A stretch of 35,854 nt of DNA, taken from contig CAXGAI010000045.1 of assembly GCA_964007735.1 (NCBI GenBank), positions 1 to 35,854 of the forward strand. Direction: 5' to 3'. The stretch's first letter is position 1, and each line of letters opens with the position of its first letter. Origin of the DNA: an uncultured Rhodopirellula sp. GTDB lineage: Bacteria; Planctomycetota; Planctomycetia; Pirellulales; Pirellulaceae. A program made the translations under genes and the position numbers. Shown one piece after another: positions 10,295 through 19,907 of this stretch. A model generated the notes under the pieces. The model saw nothing but the letters and a program-made list of their open reading frames with translations. It was not told the DNA's origin and ran no database searches.

Positions 10295-10981
10295 CTAAGT
10301 TCCTTTCGCCGCTCCAAACCATTCAATTTGTTTGCGAGGGCAAAAATGGTAGCCCAGTTGGTGGCAGAGAGGTTTTAACCAGATTTCCGTTTGGTGTAAT
10401 TCATCGGGTGTTCTCCCTTGTGGCATAAGGTATATCTGTGATGGTGTCATTGTTGGAAACTGGCGAAGATACTCATCGATTTCTTCTAGATCGCTTTCAT
10501 GGTCAACCACGAATTTGACTTGGCAATGGTAGCTGTTGAGCAGCTGTCTTATCACATGGGGAGCAAAACGACTTCGTTCGTGGCGACGGTGCCAGCGAGG
10601 ATGGTCCGTAGCATCCGGTGCGCTATTGTTTGTCTTTGGGCTGATTGACATCAGGTCACACTCTACCGGCAGAAAGAGGGTGCCTGCCGTTTCGATCGTA
10701 ATATGATAATTCTCAGCTCGCAGTCGATTACACAACGGAATAAGCTCAGCGAAAAGCATAGGCTCTCCGCCTGTCAGGACGACGTGCCGACATTCCCAGA
10801 CAGAGACCCGTTCCATGATTTCATTGACACTGTAGTCGTCACCTTCAGGATACCAGGAGGCATAAGGTGTATCACAAAACCAGCAGCGCAAGTTACAGCC
10901 GCTAGCCCTGATAAAGATACTCTCTGCGCCCGTCAGGACTCCTTCGCCCTGAATGGATCGGTAGATTTCAGCGATTTTCAA
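10295..10981 (-). CDS. queE: 7-carboxy-7-deazaguanine synthase (radical SAM)
   Basis: EIYRSIQGEG, GCNLRCWFCDT, LTGGEP, IETAG, SISPK. TTG start. Adjacent to queF. Confidence 0.93.
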   Translation of the reverse strand: MKIAEIYRSIQGEGVLTGAESIFIRASGCNLRCWFCDTPYASWYPEGDDYSVNEIMERVSVWECRHVVLTGGEPMLFAELIPLCNRLRAENYHITIETAGTLFLPVECDLMSISPKTNNSAPDATDHPRWHRRHERSRFAPHVIRQLLNSYHCQVKFVVDHESDLEEIDEYLRQFPTMTPSQIYLMPQGRTPDELHQTEIWLKPLCHQLGYHFCPRKQIEWFGAAKGT

Positions 10982-11055
10982 GAAGTAATACCCCCCTTAC
11001 GACGATGGATTCATCATGACACAATGAATGGGTAGCGAATAGGAGTAAAACAACA

Positions 11056-11436
11056 ATGACAGTGTCCCACACCCCCGAATCACGTCAGCAGATCCTGGAA
11101 GTTTTTGAGAATCAGTTTCCGGAACGTGACTATGTAATTGAAACAATTTGCCCTGAATTTACATCAGTTTGTCCTAAAACAGGACAGCCCGATTTTGGTG
11201 AATTGGAGTTTCGTTACATTGCTGACAAGAAGTGTGTTGAGTTAAAGAGTCTGAAGTTTTATCTGCAGAGCTATCGGAACGACGGTATTTTTTATGAAAA
11301 TGTCACCAACACGATCGTGAATGATCTGGTAGCCGTACTTGATCCACGCTGGATCGAACTGAAAGCGAAATTCAGTCCGCGCGGTGGCATCGCGACAAAT
11401 GTAATTGTTGAATGGAAACAGGGTGACTCGAAATAG
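11056..11436 (+). CDS. queF: NADPH-dependent preQ0 reductase (short type)
   Basis: [38 protein letters not shown] upstream. Confidence 0.96.
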   Translation: MTVSHTPESRQQILEVFENQFPERDYVIETICPEFTSVCPKTGQPDFGELEFRYIADKKCVELKSLKFYLQSYRNDGIFYENVTNTIVNDLVAVLDPRWIELKAKFSPRGGIATNVIVEWKQGDSK

Positions 11437-11445
11437 TCAGGGAGG

Positions 11446-11679
11446 CTATTTGTTAGCTTTTCTGCCGCAGTAAGGACATTGGTCGACTGTTACCGTAGCA
11501 AAGTCGATGTCCTCGTCATCACTTCGATAAGCAGTCGTTAGTCGATAGCCGCAGTCTATACACTTGCATTCCCAGGAATGAATTTCAAGGTCTGCCTGCT
11601 CAAACACATTGTATTTACAGGTCAATGATGTACTGTCGCACTTCTTGCAACACACTTCGACTTTTTGAATGTCTGCCAT
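11446..11679 (-). CDS. Small cysteine-rich, probably metal-binding, hypothetical protein (77 aa)
   Basis: Three CxxC pairs (CKKC, CIDC, CPYC). ATG at 11679 is preceded by GAGGTG, so it is preferred over the TTG at 11694. Lies directly downstream of the isomerase gene. Confidence 0.7.
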   Translation of the reverse strand: MADIQKVEVCCKKCDSTSLTCKYNVFEQADLEIHSWECKCIDCGYRLTTAYRSDDEDIDFATVTVDQCPYCGRKANK

Positions 11680-11697
11680 AAGACACCTCGCCAAAGG

Positions 11698-12711
11698 TTA
11701 AAAACCACGTGCTTCAATGACGTCGTTGAAATCACGTAGGTGATAGTCAATATTGACGTAATCCAGAACATTACAAAGACCACGCAAAGCGACCCCCAGC
11801 CCGTCAGGGCCACTAAAGCCACCGAACTGACCCCCACCCTTAACGTGCGGTTCAAGATCAAGGAAGACGCCAGGAACCCCACGCTTCTTCAGGCGTCGCT
11901 CCATCACAGGGATGTAATCACGGAAGTCTCGCAGAATAGCTTCGTGACCACTGTCGCCAATGTCAGCAGGCACGAAGTACTTTAATGCTTCTTCATCGAC
12001 ATGTCCAACGCGTTGCACGGGCTCGGGATGGCGATAATCTTTGATGTGCATCCACCCCAGTCCCTTTTTCATCATGTGGTATTGGAGAAAGATATCATCA
12101 GATGAATAGCCCTGAGTCACAATATTGGCAGCATCAAATATAGTCAGCATGGCCGGATGTTTGACTTTGCGATGCAGTAATTCCAGTGTGCGACCACATT
12201 GTCCAACCAAATTGGCCTCCACTTCCAAGCCAAAAGTGATGCCGTTCTTATCACACAACTCAGCAATGGCACCTAGCTGATCAACGACTTGATCCACGTA
12301 GGCATATGGATCTTCGCCGCGCGGATGATAGAATGCGAAACCACGCATTAGCTTTGTGCCAAATTCATTGGCCAGATCACAGGCTCGTTGCACATCGTTC
12401 TTTAGATACTTTTTGAAGGGGATGTATTGATTGTGAGTGCCGTCGTCGACATCGAGCAATTTCACTTTTCCGATGGGGGAGCCCAGTGACGATACATTGA
12501 GACCATACTCGTCCATCTTTTTCTTGATGTGCTTCACCTCAGTCTTGTTCAATTGCATGACGTTCTTAACACCGTTTCCGGCATCGATGAAACGAATAGT
12601 GTAGTATTGCAGACCAATGGCAGAGAAAGCAGAAAACTGTTGATCGACGGTTTTTTGATTAGCGGCTTCGTCTGCAAAACCTGAAAGAATTACGCTGGGG
12701 TTGTCACTCAT
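11698..12711 (-). CDS. Sugar phosphate isomerase/epimerase (xylose-isomerase-like TIM barrel)
   Basis: SGFADEA, LGSPIGK, GLEVE, IFDAAN, MHIKD and LDLEPH give the metal-ligand pattern of the AP-endonuclease-2/IolE fold. Confidence 0.88.
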   Translation of the reverse strand: MSDNPSVILSGFADEAANQKTVDQQFSAFSAIGLQYYTIRFIDAGNGVKNVMQLNKTEVKHIKKKMDEYGLNVSSLGSPIGKVKLLDVDDGTHNQYIPFKKYLKNDVQRACDLANEFGTKLMRGFAFYHPRGEDPYAYVDQVVDQLGAIAELCDKNGITFGLEVEANLVGQCGRTLELLHRKVKHPAMLTIFDAANIVTQGYSSDDIFLQYHMMKKGLGWMHIKDYRHPEPVQRVGHVDEEALKYFVPADIGDSGHEAILRDFRDYIPVMERRLKKRGVPGVFLDLEPHVKGGGQFGGFSGPDGLGVALRGLCNVLDYVNIDYHLRDFNDVIEARGF

Positions 12712-12873
12712 GTTCTCAAATTCAGTCTATAAAAGAGCGAGGGTTAAAATAGGAAAGTTTATTTTGAAAGAGAGGTCGAGCCGCGTCAAGCAACGGAACA
12801 AATGTAGCCATAAGATACTTAGAAGTAATGACAGGTGTTGCTACGCTGAGTTTGATTAAAAGCCCCTCTGGGG

Positions 12874-13239
12874 TTAGGCATCGTCTTTTCCTAATAAATG
12901 CCCAATTTCAGAGACAGCTTTCTGTAAAGACATGGCCGCCATTTTAAAGTTTGTGTGGTTAGAGACTTCCGGTTGGATTTCGATAAAAAGTTCACAGGCG
13001 GCTTTTAATCGCCGCCATTTCTTGTTCGCTTGCTTCCAATATCCTTCGGCATCTCCTTCATTCAGATGACTGCCTAACGCCAGAGCAAAGTCGTAAAGTC
13101 GCCGATGCACGAGTGCCAGTTCTTCATCTTCTTCGGCTTCGTCACTGTGCTTTAGAAACGTACGAACCATCCATACGTGACTAAGCTGTATATCGATTTG
13201 CCGCATTAACTCAGCATCGTCGCTCATGTTTTTAGCCAT
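12874..13239 (-). CDS. Hypothetical helical protein (121 aa)
   Basis: Co-oriented ORF 28 nt after the upstream gene, with protein-like composition (LSHVWMVRTFLKHSDEAEED, HTNF). No enzyme family recognised. Confidence 0.75.
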   Translation of the reverse strand: MAKNMSDDAELMRQIDIQLSHVWMVRTFLKHSDEAEEDEELALVHRRLYDFALALGSHLNEGDAEGYWKQANKKWRRLKAACELFIEIQPEVSNHTNFKMAAMSLQKAVSEIGHLLGKDDA

Positions 13240-13267
13240 GCTTTATGAGACGGGGACTTGATTCAGG

Positions 13268-14722
13268 TTAGCTTTCATCCGAGTCGTCCTCGGGGCCAGA
13301 AATGTCCTCCTCCCCGTCTGCTTGTTCCGAAGACACCTCCGTGCTCTCGACGGTTTCTTCCGCGACAGGCTCATCCGCTGCAGGGTCTTCCTCCACAGGC
13401 TCATTGTCTGCAGGTTGATCGGCTGCCGGACCTTCCTCCACGGGTTCATCGTCTGTAGGGTCTTCCTCCGCATCCGCATCGCCGGCAGATACATCTTCTG
13501 TAGCGACGATTTCCTCTTCTACCTCGTTTGCGGGCTTGTCTTCTGAATTGACTGCTTCGAGGTTGGCAGCATTTTCCTCACGAGTCTGATCCCACAAAGG
13601 CTTGTCTTCCTCACTGGACGGTTTCTTTTTGCCGGGTTTTGGAGCACTCACCAGCGTCACGATGGCACCGACGATGACAATTGTCAGGCTAGCAAAGAAA
13701 TAGGGACTTACATCACTAACGGCCTCCATTTCCATCACAGAAATCATGGTATTGATGATGGGTGCACCTCCAAATACTAAGGGCATCACAAACACAGGTT
13801 TCCCACCGAATGTGAAAGACAGAATGATTCCCAGAGCTCCAACCGATCCACAAACGCCGGCCAGCAGGGAGAAGGTCCATCCTGAGGTTGTTGTTTGTGC
13901 GGGGAATCCCGAATTAGACATGATCAAAATAGGAATGATTACTGCTAAAACAAAGTAAGAGATTCCGACGCATAATAACGGACGTAAGCGGCTTCCTTTC
14001 ATGAGGGCCTGACTTTTGTGCAGGATACTTCCATAGGCCCCCCAGCTGAGTACGGTCAGACAGATTCCACCTACAATCAACATAATATTCGTTTTCTTTT
14101 CTTTGCTATCTACCGTGGAAGGACTTTCGTCAGTGGTAGTTTCACTCGTATCGCCGGCCGATGTTTCTGATTCTGTAGTCAGATTCGTCGACGCCGTTAA
14201 TTTTTCGTCATAACGAACAGTAGTAATTTCTGCTTGCAATTGAGTCGTTGTTTTTGTAACGGCTGTAGGTTTAAAGGCAAAGACACCACAAGCACCAAGT
14301 GCGACCAGAATAATTCCCAGATAGAACGAGGGAGTGACTTCTTTGAAGAGTTTAGCCATGTACATTGACACAAACGTATTAACTACCGGTGCACAACCAA
14401 ACACGATCGGCATCACATAGGATGGTGAACCACCGTTGGTTAAGGCAGTGATAATTCCAAGTGCACCGAAGGCTCCTAAAGCCCCCGCCGCCAAACCCCA
14501 TTTAACTCCGCCGACACTCCATTCACCCTGCTCACTTTTCGTCCACAGTACATAAAGTGGCACTAAAACGGCGACAACAAAGTAGGAGATTCCAACGCAC
14601 AATAGCTGAGCCCAGGAATTATTATCCATGCCAGTTTTGCCGTGATGGAGTACAGGCCCGTAGGAACCCCAGCAAACGACAGTTAATAAAGCAAAGGGGA
14701 GTGAAGCGACAATACCACGCAT
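13268..14722 (-). CDS. Internally duplicated multi-pass membrane protein (DMT/EamA-like) with acidic tail
   Basis: Two homologous halves: WGSYG/WGAYG, LLCVGISYFV twice, GALGII twice, VMPIVFGCAP/VMPLVFGGAP. Thr-rich linker and a ~110-aa Asp/Glu-rich tail. Confidence 0.8.
   Translation of the reverse strand: MRGIVASLPFALLTVVCWGSYGPVLHHGKTGMDNNSWAQLLCVGISYFVVAVLVPLYVLWTKSEQGEWSVGGVKWGLAAGALGAFGALGIITALTNGGSPSYVMPIVFGCAPVVNTFVSMYMAKLFKEVTPSFYLGIILVALGACGVFAFKPTAVTKTTTQLQAEITTVRYDEKLTASTNLTTESETSAGDTSETTTDESPSTVDSKEKKTNIMLIVGGICLTVLSWGAYGSILHKSQALMKGSRLRPLLCVGISYFVLAVIIPILIMSNSGFPAQTTTSGWTFSLLAGVCGSVGALGIILSFTFGGKPVFVMPLVFGGAPIINTMISVMEMEAVSDVSPYFFASLTIVIVGAIVTLVSAPKPGKKKPSSEEDKPLWDQTREENAANLEAVNSEDKPANEVEEEIVATEDVSAGDADAEEDPTDDEPVEEGPAADQPADNEPVEEDPAADEPVAEETVESTEVSSEQADGEEDISGPEDDSDES
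13365..13469. repeat. Imperfect coding tandem repeat: three copies of a 30-bp unit, middle copy with 15 extra bp
   Basis: acaggctcatccgctgcagggtcttcctcc (13365-13394), acaggctcattgtctgcagg...cttcctcc (13395-13439) and acgggttcatcgtctgtagggtcttcctcc (13440-13469). Encodes EEDPxxDEPV repeats on the minus strand. Confidence 0.85.
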
Positions 14723-14800
14723 GTTTTAATTCTCTAAAGAAAAGCCATCGAAGCGTTCTATTACTAAGATGATAAGTCTAACCGATTATGAACTGGATTG

Positions 14801-15565
14801 TTAGGCTTGCAGGACCGAGTCGGAAAGAGCTGACAGCAGAGGATCATCATCCTGATTACAGAATCCGAGATGGAGATGTTTTCTCCAGCCTTCTGCATGA
14901 CTAAACTGACCCGACATGGCTCCTAACTTCTGATCAAGATCAGACATGGTTTTCAAATAGGAGTCCAGCCCCTGACTTTCGTCCAGCCACAGTTTTTGGC
15001 TGGCATGCAACGCCAGCATATCTTGTTTTCTTTGCTGTAGCTCAGTGATATCAACGTAGTACTCCGGATAGATTAAATTACCGAGAGGGTCATGGTGTGA
15101 ATATGGCTGAGCATGATAGAGCGTCACCGTTTGTGTTGTCACCTCAGTAGCAGGTTGCGTGGGATAATTGGGCATGCCGCGACAAAAAGCTGCCGTGACT
15201 GCCAGTCGACAGGTATTGGTGTGATCTTCCATATAATCCGTAGGGCTGTGGGTCAGGATTATGTTTGGTTTCACATTACGAATGATCGCGGTCAATTGCT
15301 CCAGTATTTCTTGTTGATAAAAGATTTCCAGATCATTACACAGGGGTGGATGGAAGATGGCACCGACGAACTCAGCGGCAGCCTGAGATTCTGCTAATCG
15401 AACACGGGCGGTTTCTTCGGCAGAATGAACCGTGCTGCCACAGCAGCCATTGGCAACATTCATATAGTGAAGCTTGTATCCTGCATCAGCCAGTCGCATC
15501 ATCGTTCCTGACATTAGAAATTCAATGTCGTCCGGATGAGCACAAATGGCAAAAGCTGTCTTCAT
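14801..15565 (-). CDS. PIG-L/LmbE family N-deacetylase
   Basis: AHPDDIE, RLAES, ILTHSP.DY.EDH. Confidence 0.93.
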   Translation of the reverse strand: MKTAFAICAHPDDIEFLMSGTMMRLADAGYKLHYMNVANGCCGSTVHSAEETARVRLAESQAAAEFVGAIFHPPLCNDLEIFYQQEILEQLTAIIRNVKPNIILTHSPTDYMEDHTNTCRLAVTAAFCRGMPNYPTQPATEVTTQTVTLYHAQPYSHHDPLGNLIYPEYYVDITELQQRKQDMLALHASQKLWLDESQGLDSYLKTMSDLDQKLGAMSGQFSHAEGWRKHLHLGFCNQDDDPLLSALSDSVLQA

Positions 15566-15596
15566 AATGAAAGTCCTTGTACAGAATTAGTATTTG

Positions 15597-18500
15597 TTAC
15601 TCACCCCGCAATGCAGGAATTAGAGGAGCTCGTAGAGTGGCTCGGACTGCAAGTAATCCCGAAATAACTCCAACTACCAGAATAATCATGAGCATGACAA
15701 ACAGGTCTCCTCCGGGTGGCGATGCTTCAGCGAAGAGGATGTGAGGCAACACAGCAAACATAGCAGCCAGTACCCCCGTCACCAGACCGGTACAAAGCAA
15801 AACGATGTTTTCACATAAGACCATTTTTACGAGTCGGCCAGGTGAGAAACCAGTTGCTTTCATAAGAGCAAGTTCACCGCGGCGTTCCAGAATACTACGC
15901 AACTGTACCGTGGCCAGACCGAAAGTTCCCAAAAGTAACCCCAACGCTCCTAAGCTCTGAAAGGCGCTAATATAAGTGTTTTGAACAGCGAGTAGTTCTT
16001 CCAGCAGTGACTGAGTGGATTGCATATCTAACCCCTGGTCGCGGAATCGATTCTCTAAAATAGAACGTATTGTTCCCTCCGATTCCTGGCCGGTGGCTAG
16101 GAAGTAACGGTAACCACTAATGTGAGGAAATAGCTGCTTAAAGTCCTGCTCACCTACTAAGAGGCTGCCTTGGAGAATACTGTTGGCCAAGAGGCCTACT
16201 ACTTTGAAATGGACGGTGTGGCCGTCTTCATACGTGACATCGAATAACTGTTCCATTCCTCCATATAGCTTTAAACTGTACATCGCCGTGTTTTTATCGA
16301 TGACGACTGGTACAGGATCCTCCTTCGTACCATGGTGAGCGGTGTCGACGGAGTCTAGGACATGCCAAGGATTAGCAGCCTGCTCAGCACTGGCGGTATT
16401 CGCCCCCCACCGAAAAGGAGTTGTCGCATTGTCGAAATACGAAATAAACGTTTGTGGTACGCCGAGTACTCGGGGGCGTGCTGCCTGAAAAACATTGCTA
16501 CAGCTAGCGTCGTCACCGGGTTTATATCGCAAACAGAGGATGGTTTCTGCGGTCAATTGGTCCGCATCGTTTTTCTCAAAGACGCTAGTGAGTAGATCTT
16601 GTTGTGCCAGGTTTTCGTAAACAGGCATGGAGCTTAGTCCCCAATAGGTGAATCCACCACGCCCATTTTCAGAGGGCGCCAGCTTGAACGCTCCCATCGC
16701 AATAATCAGGAAAGATGCGGTAGCCATTAAGCCAATGGTTAACGTACTACGTCCCGGATTTCTACCGGCATTGCGAGATGCTAGCCAACTTAACGGCATA
16801 TTAATACGTCGAACCGTATTTGTATTCCATCCACCCTGAAGCAATGTCCGTATGCGAAGTAATAACGCGGTTAAAACCAGGAAGCCAGCCCCTACAAAAG
16901 CCCCGGCTTGGCCCTCACTCCCGAGCGACGAACCCATATCGGGTAGAGCAGCCACCACCGCCAGAATCATCCCAAGTACAAATAGGATTAAAGCGACACT
17001 GATTTTTCGTTGTCGTATTTTGGACGCAATGGCAAAGACAACATGATCAGAATTTCCAGCCAGTAGCTGGCGTGCAGTGAGGTTGCTTATTTTTCGTATC
17101 GTCCAGGCAATAGTAGCCGCGGAGATGAGTACGCCTAATAAGTAACCTATGGCCAAGCTGCGAAAGGTGATATGGAAAGTAAGAAAAGAAGTAATGACCG
17201 CATCTACCCACCAGGTACTGAGTCCGGTGAGCATCAACTTGCCATAGGCAATACCAATAATGATTCCGAATGCAGCTCCAACAGCTGATACGACCAGTGC
17301 TTCATAGATCAGGAGTTTACTGACTTGCTTCTTCGTGATTCCGATAGCCAGAAGAACTCCGAGTTGGGAAGCTCTTTGTTGAATTCCCAGTTTGAATAGT
17401 ACGACAATAAGCATCAAAGCACTGGCAATGACAAACAGGCTTAGACCCAGAAACAAGCCATCAAAAGGTGTTGAGCCAGCTGCTGCCTTAAGGCCATCTC
17501 GTTTGACAGAGATAAATTTCATATCAAGAGTGTCTCCGGAGCGAGAGATTGTGTCCTGAAGTTTTTCTGCCACAGCCTGTTTATCACTGAAGGGGACCCG
17601 GATAGTTGTGTGATTCCCGAATCGGCTTCCCCATAGTTTGCGGCCCAAATTCAACGAGACAAATGCTTTGGGGGTGGTGCGGTAATTGTTCCAATAATTG
17701 TCATCCTGGCCGCGAATTCGGTTGACGGTAGCGAATGGAAGATCCCAATCATTTATCGACTCTTGATCCGTGACACCAGGGACTTCGGGTGTGAGGTCAG
17801 GGTCGTTGAGCAAGGTGGGCGGTTGATTGAATAACGCTTTTCGCCTTCTTGAATAAGGTCGTCGTGGCTCCGTGATACTAAAGATCTCGACGACCTTTAG
17901 ATCGATCCATCGTTCAATTGTTTGGCCATGTGTGGTTTCCGGCTCGAAGTAATCGATCCTCAGATAGTCACCCAGTGAAATCCCAAGATCTTCTGCCAGC
18001 CAGCTATTAATAACGACTTCGTCATCCCCAATTAAGACGGGCTGATGCTCGGCATTTAATAAGGGCCCTAAACCTTCTTTGCTATCAATGGCTGTGATCA
18101 TGGAGTAGGGAACAATCTCTCCAAAGATTTCCGGTTCGCGTTTTTCCTCCACCACACCACCCACCACGGATGGGCTTTCGCCGTCGGGGACTTTCATCAT
18201 CGCATTGGCAAGATAAGTTAAGACGTGTTGAGCGTCATCTCCCAATGCGTTGTCTGCCAGTTTGACGGTGGCATCATCCAGCATCATTTTGACACTTGAT
18301 AAACTGTGATATTGTATGACGACGTGGTCATCACTGGCTCCATCTTCGGCTTCCCACTGAAGAATTACATCTGTAATGAGAAGGCCCAGATCATCAATAG
18401 TTGGCTTGAGTGATTTTTGTAAAATCGAACTTGCAACTTCATCTGGGGGAGAATCGATTTGTCCACCAGATACCAAAATTGCATTTGCTCTACCTTCCTG

Positions 18501-19193
18501 ATCTAATTCATCCTGCAAAAAAGATAGATTGACATAGGCGTTTAGAGACACCTGCTGAGAAGAGGCTAATGAAAAGCGGCCCAGGTCTTCTGCAGGAATG
18601 ATTTCCGAAACAGTGAGCCGTGGGATACTACGAATTCGATCATCCTGACTTCCCAGAGGACTATCGGCATTTACTTGCTTATCATTAGGAAGCCTCAAGG
18701 TAACAGTGTCACCCACTTTGACGTCAAGTTCGTCCGCCAGCGGTTGATTCAATACAATTTGATCTTCAGCTGGCTGAATCGACTGTTCTCGCTCGGTTTG
18801 ACCAAAGCTCCAGAATTGTTCATTGATTCCCAGAACGAGAATATTCGATGCCACGTTGATATTTTTAGCTTCGCCGTCATCGGCCGAAGATTCAAGTGTT
18901 CCCTGAGGAAACAGGATCGCTGCCGTGGCTTGTTGATAGAGTTCTTGTTGGAACGCTTCTGAAGTTTCCAATTCTTTAACGAGTTCTTGCCGGAAAAAAT
19001 TTGGCGTTACCAGGACCTCGTCAATTAATCCAAGTCGCCCCAGTGTGAGAGCTCTAAGACTGCCACGCATACTGTCACCGATCAACAATGCCCCTGTAAG
19101 GACAGCGGTTGCTGCAGCAACACCTAATGCGACGGTCAGGTTAATACGCCAGTGGTGAATCAGGCTTTGCAGAACGAATCGTTTATTGTTCAT
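15597..19193 (-). CDS. Large ABC transporter permease with two MacB/FtsX/LolC-type modules
   Basis: 1198 aa. QRASQLGVLLAIG and ERRGELALMKATGF are FtsX-type TM modules, each preceded by a large extracytoplasmic domain. Follows the ABC ATPase by 19 nt. Confidence 0.92.
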   Translation of the reverse strand: MNNKRFVLQSLIHHWRINLTVALGVAAATAVLTGALLIGDSMRGSLRALTLGRLGLIDEVLVTPNFFRQELVKELETSEAFQQELYQQATAAILFPQGTLESSADDGEAKNINVASNILVLGINEQFWSFGQTEREQSIQPAEDQIVLNQPLADELDVKVGDTVTLRLPNDKQVNADSPLGSQDDRIRSIPRLTVSEIIPAEDLGRFSLASSQQVSLNAYVNLSFLQDELDQEGRANAILVSGGQIDSPPDEVASSILQKSLKPTIDDLGLLITDVILQWEAEDGASDDHVVIQYHSLSSVKMMLDDATVKLADNALGDDAQHVLTYLANAMMKVPDGESPSVVGGVVEEKREPEIFGEIVPYSMITAIDSKEGLGPLLNAEHQPVLIGDDEVVINSWLAEDLGISLGDYLRIDYFEPETTHGQTIERWIDLKVVEIFSITEPRRPYSRRRKALFNQPPTLLNDPDLTPEVPGVTDQESINDWDLPFATVNRIRGQDDNYWNNYRTTPKAFVSLNLGRKLWGSRFGNHTTIRVPFSDKQAVAEKLQDTISRSGDTLDMKFISVKRDGLKAAAGSTPFDGLFLGLSLFVIASALMLIVVLFKLGIQQRASQLGVLLAIGITKKQVSKLLIYEALVVSAVGAAFGIIIGIAYGKLMLTGLSTWWVDAVITSFLTFHITFRSLAIGYLLGVLISAATIAWTIRKISNLTARQLLAGNSDHVVFAIASKIRQRKISVALILFVLGMILAVVAALPDMGSSLGSEGQAGAFVGAGFLVLTALLLRIRTLLQGGWNTNTVRRINMPLSWLASRNAGRNPGRSTLTIGLMATASFLIIAMGAFKLAPSENGRGGFTYWGLSSMPVYENLAQQDLLTSVFEKNDADQLTAETILCLRYKPGDDASCSNVFQAARPRVLGVPQTFISYFDNATTPFRWGANTASAEQAANPWHVLDSVDTAHHGTKEDPVPVVIDKNTAMYSLKLYGGMEQLFDVTYEDGHTVHFKVVGLLANSILQGSLLVGEQDFKQLFPHISGYRYFLATGQESEGTIRSILENRFRDQGLDMQSTQSLLEELLAVQNTYISAFQSLGALGLLLGTFGLATVQLRSILERRGELALMKATGFSPGRLVKMVLCENIVLLCTGLVTGVLAAMFAVLPHILFAEASPPGGDLFVMLMIILVVGVISGLLAVRATLRAPLIPALRGE

Positions 19194-19212
19194 ATTGCTA
19201 CAATCTCAGTCG

Positions 19213-19893
19213 TTAAGCACCGGCTCTCACCAGACAGCCATCATTGATTTCCAGTTGTTGCCCAAGCATGCCGGCAAGCTCACTACTATGAGTTACGACG
19301 ACCAGAATCATTTCTTCAGCCTGCTGGATCTCGAGTAATAGTTCCCCAATTTGCTGAGCATTTCTACGGTCCAGATTTCCCGTGGGTTCATCGGCTAATA
19401 AAAGTGATGGTCCGCAGATTAGGGATCTTGCAACCGCGACACGTTCGCGTTCTCCCCCCGACAATTCGGCCGGACGATGGTGTGAACGATCAGTAAGTCC
19501 TACTCTGGCAATGAGTGATTCGGCGCGTGTCACATCGTCCTGAGAAGGTTTTCCATTGGCCATTGTCGGAATCAAAATGTTTTCCAGCACACTCAGTTGA
19601 GGCAGGAGATGGTGTTCCTGAAAGATGAATCCAATGTTCGCGTTTCGAAACGAGGCCAGCTCGTCTTCTTCAAGTGTAAAAGGGTCGATGTTATTGAGTG
19701 TATAAGTACCACTGGTTGGGTGATCCAGTGTCCCCAGGATATTCAATAGCGTACTTTTACCGGAGCCGCTAGGACCAATCACGGCGAGGTTATCACCGCT
19801 GGTAAGCTCAAGTTCAATTCCTTTGAGAATTTCGAGCGGCTCACTACGAGTAGGGTAATCTTTCTTTAAATCATGAATGACAAGTTCTGCCAT
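19213..19893 (-). CDS. ABC transporter ATP-binding protein, LolD/MacB-like
   Basis: GPSGSGKS, LSGGERERVAVAR, LLADEPTGNLD, VTH. Confidence 0.96.
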   Translation of the reverse strand: MAELVIHDLKKDYPTRSEPLEILKGIELELTSGDNLAVIGPSGSGKSTLLNILGTLDHPTSGTYTLNNIDPFTLEEDELASFRNANIGFIFQEHHLLPQLSVLENILIPTMANGKPSQDDVTRAESLIARVGLTDRSHHRPAELSGGERERVAVARSLICGPSLLLADEPTGNLDRRNAQQIGELLLEIQQAEEMILVVVTHSSELAGMLGQQLEINDGCLVRAGA

Positions 19894-19907
19894 AGTATTG
19901 TTCTGCC

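Noticed and set aside
10295..11436. 7-deazaguanine DNA modification (dpd) system
   Set aside because: No dpdA/tgt-like or other dpd genes. queE and queF look like ordinary queuosine genes.
12857..12876. Short hairpin (agcccc-tct-ggggtt) at the end of the 121-aa gene as a terminator
   Set aside because: Only 4 solid base pairs on the transcribed strand, too weak to call.
13365..13469. CRISPR-like array
   Set aside because: The repeats are contiguous, in frame, inside a CDS and lack spacers. No cas genes.
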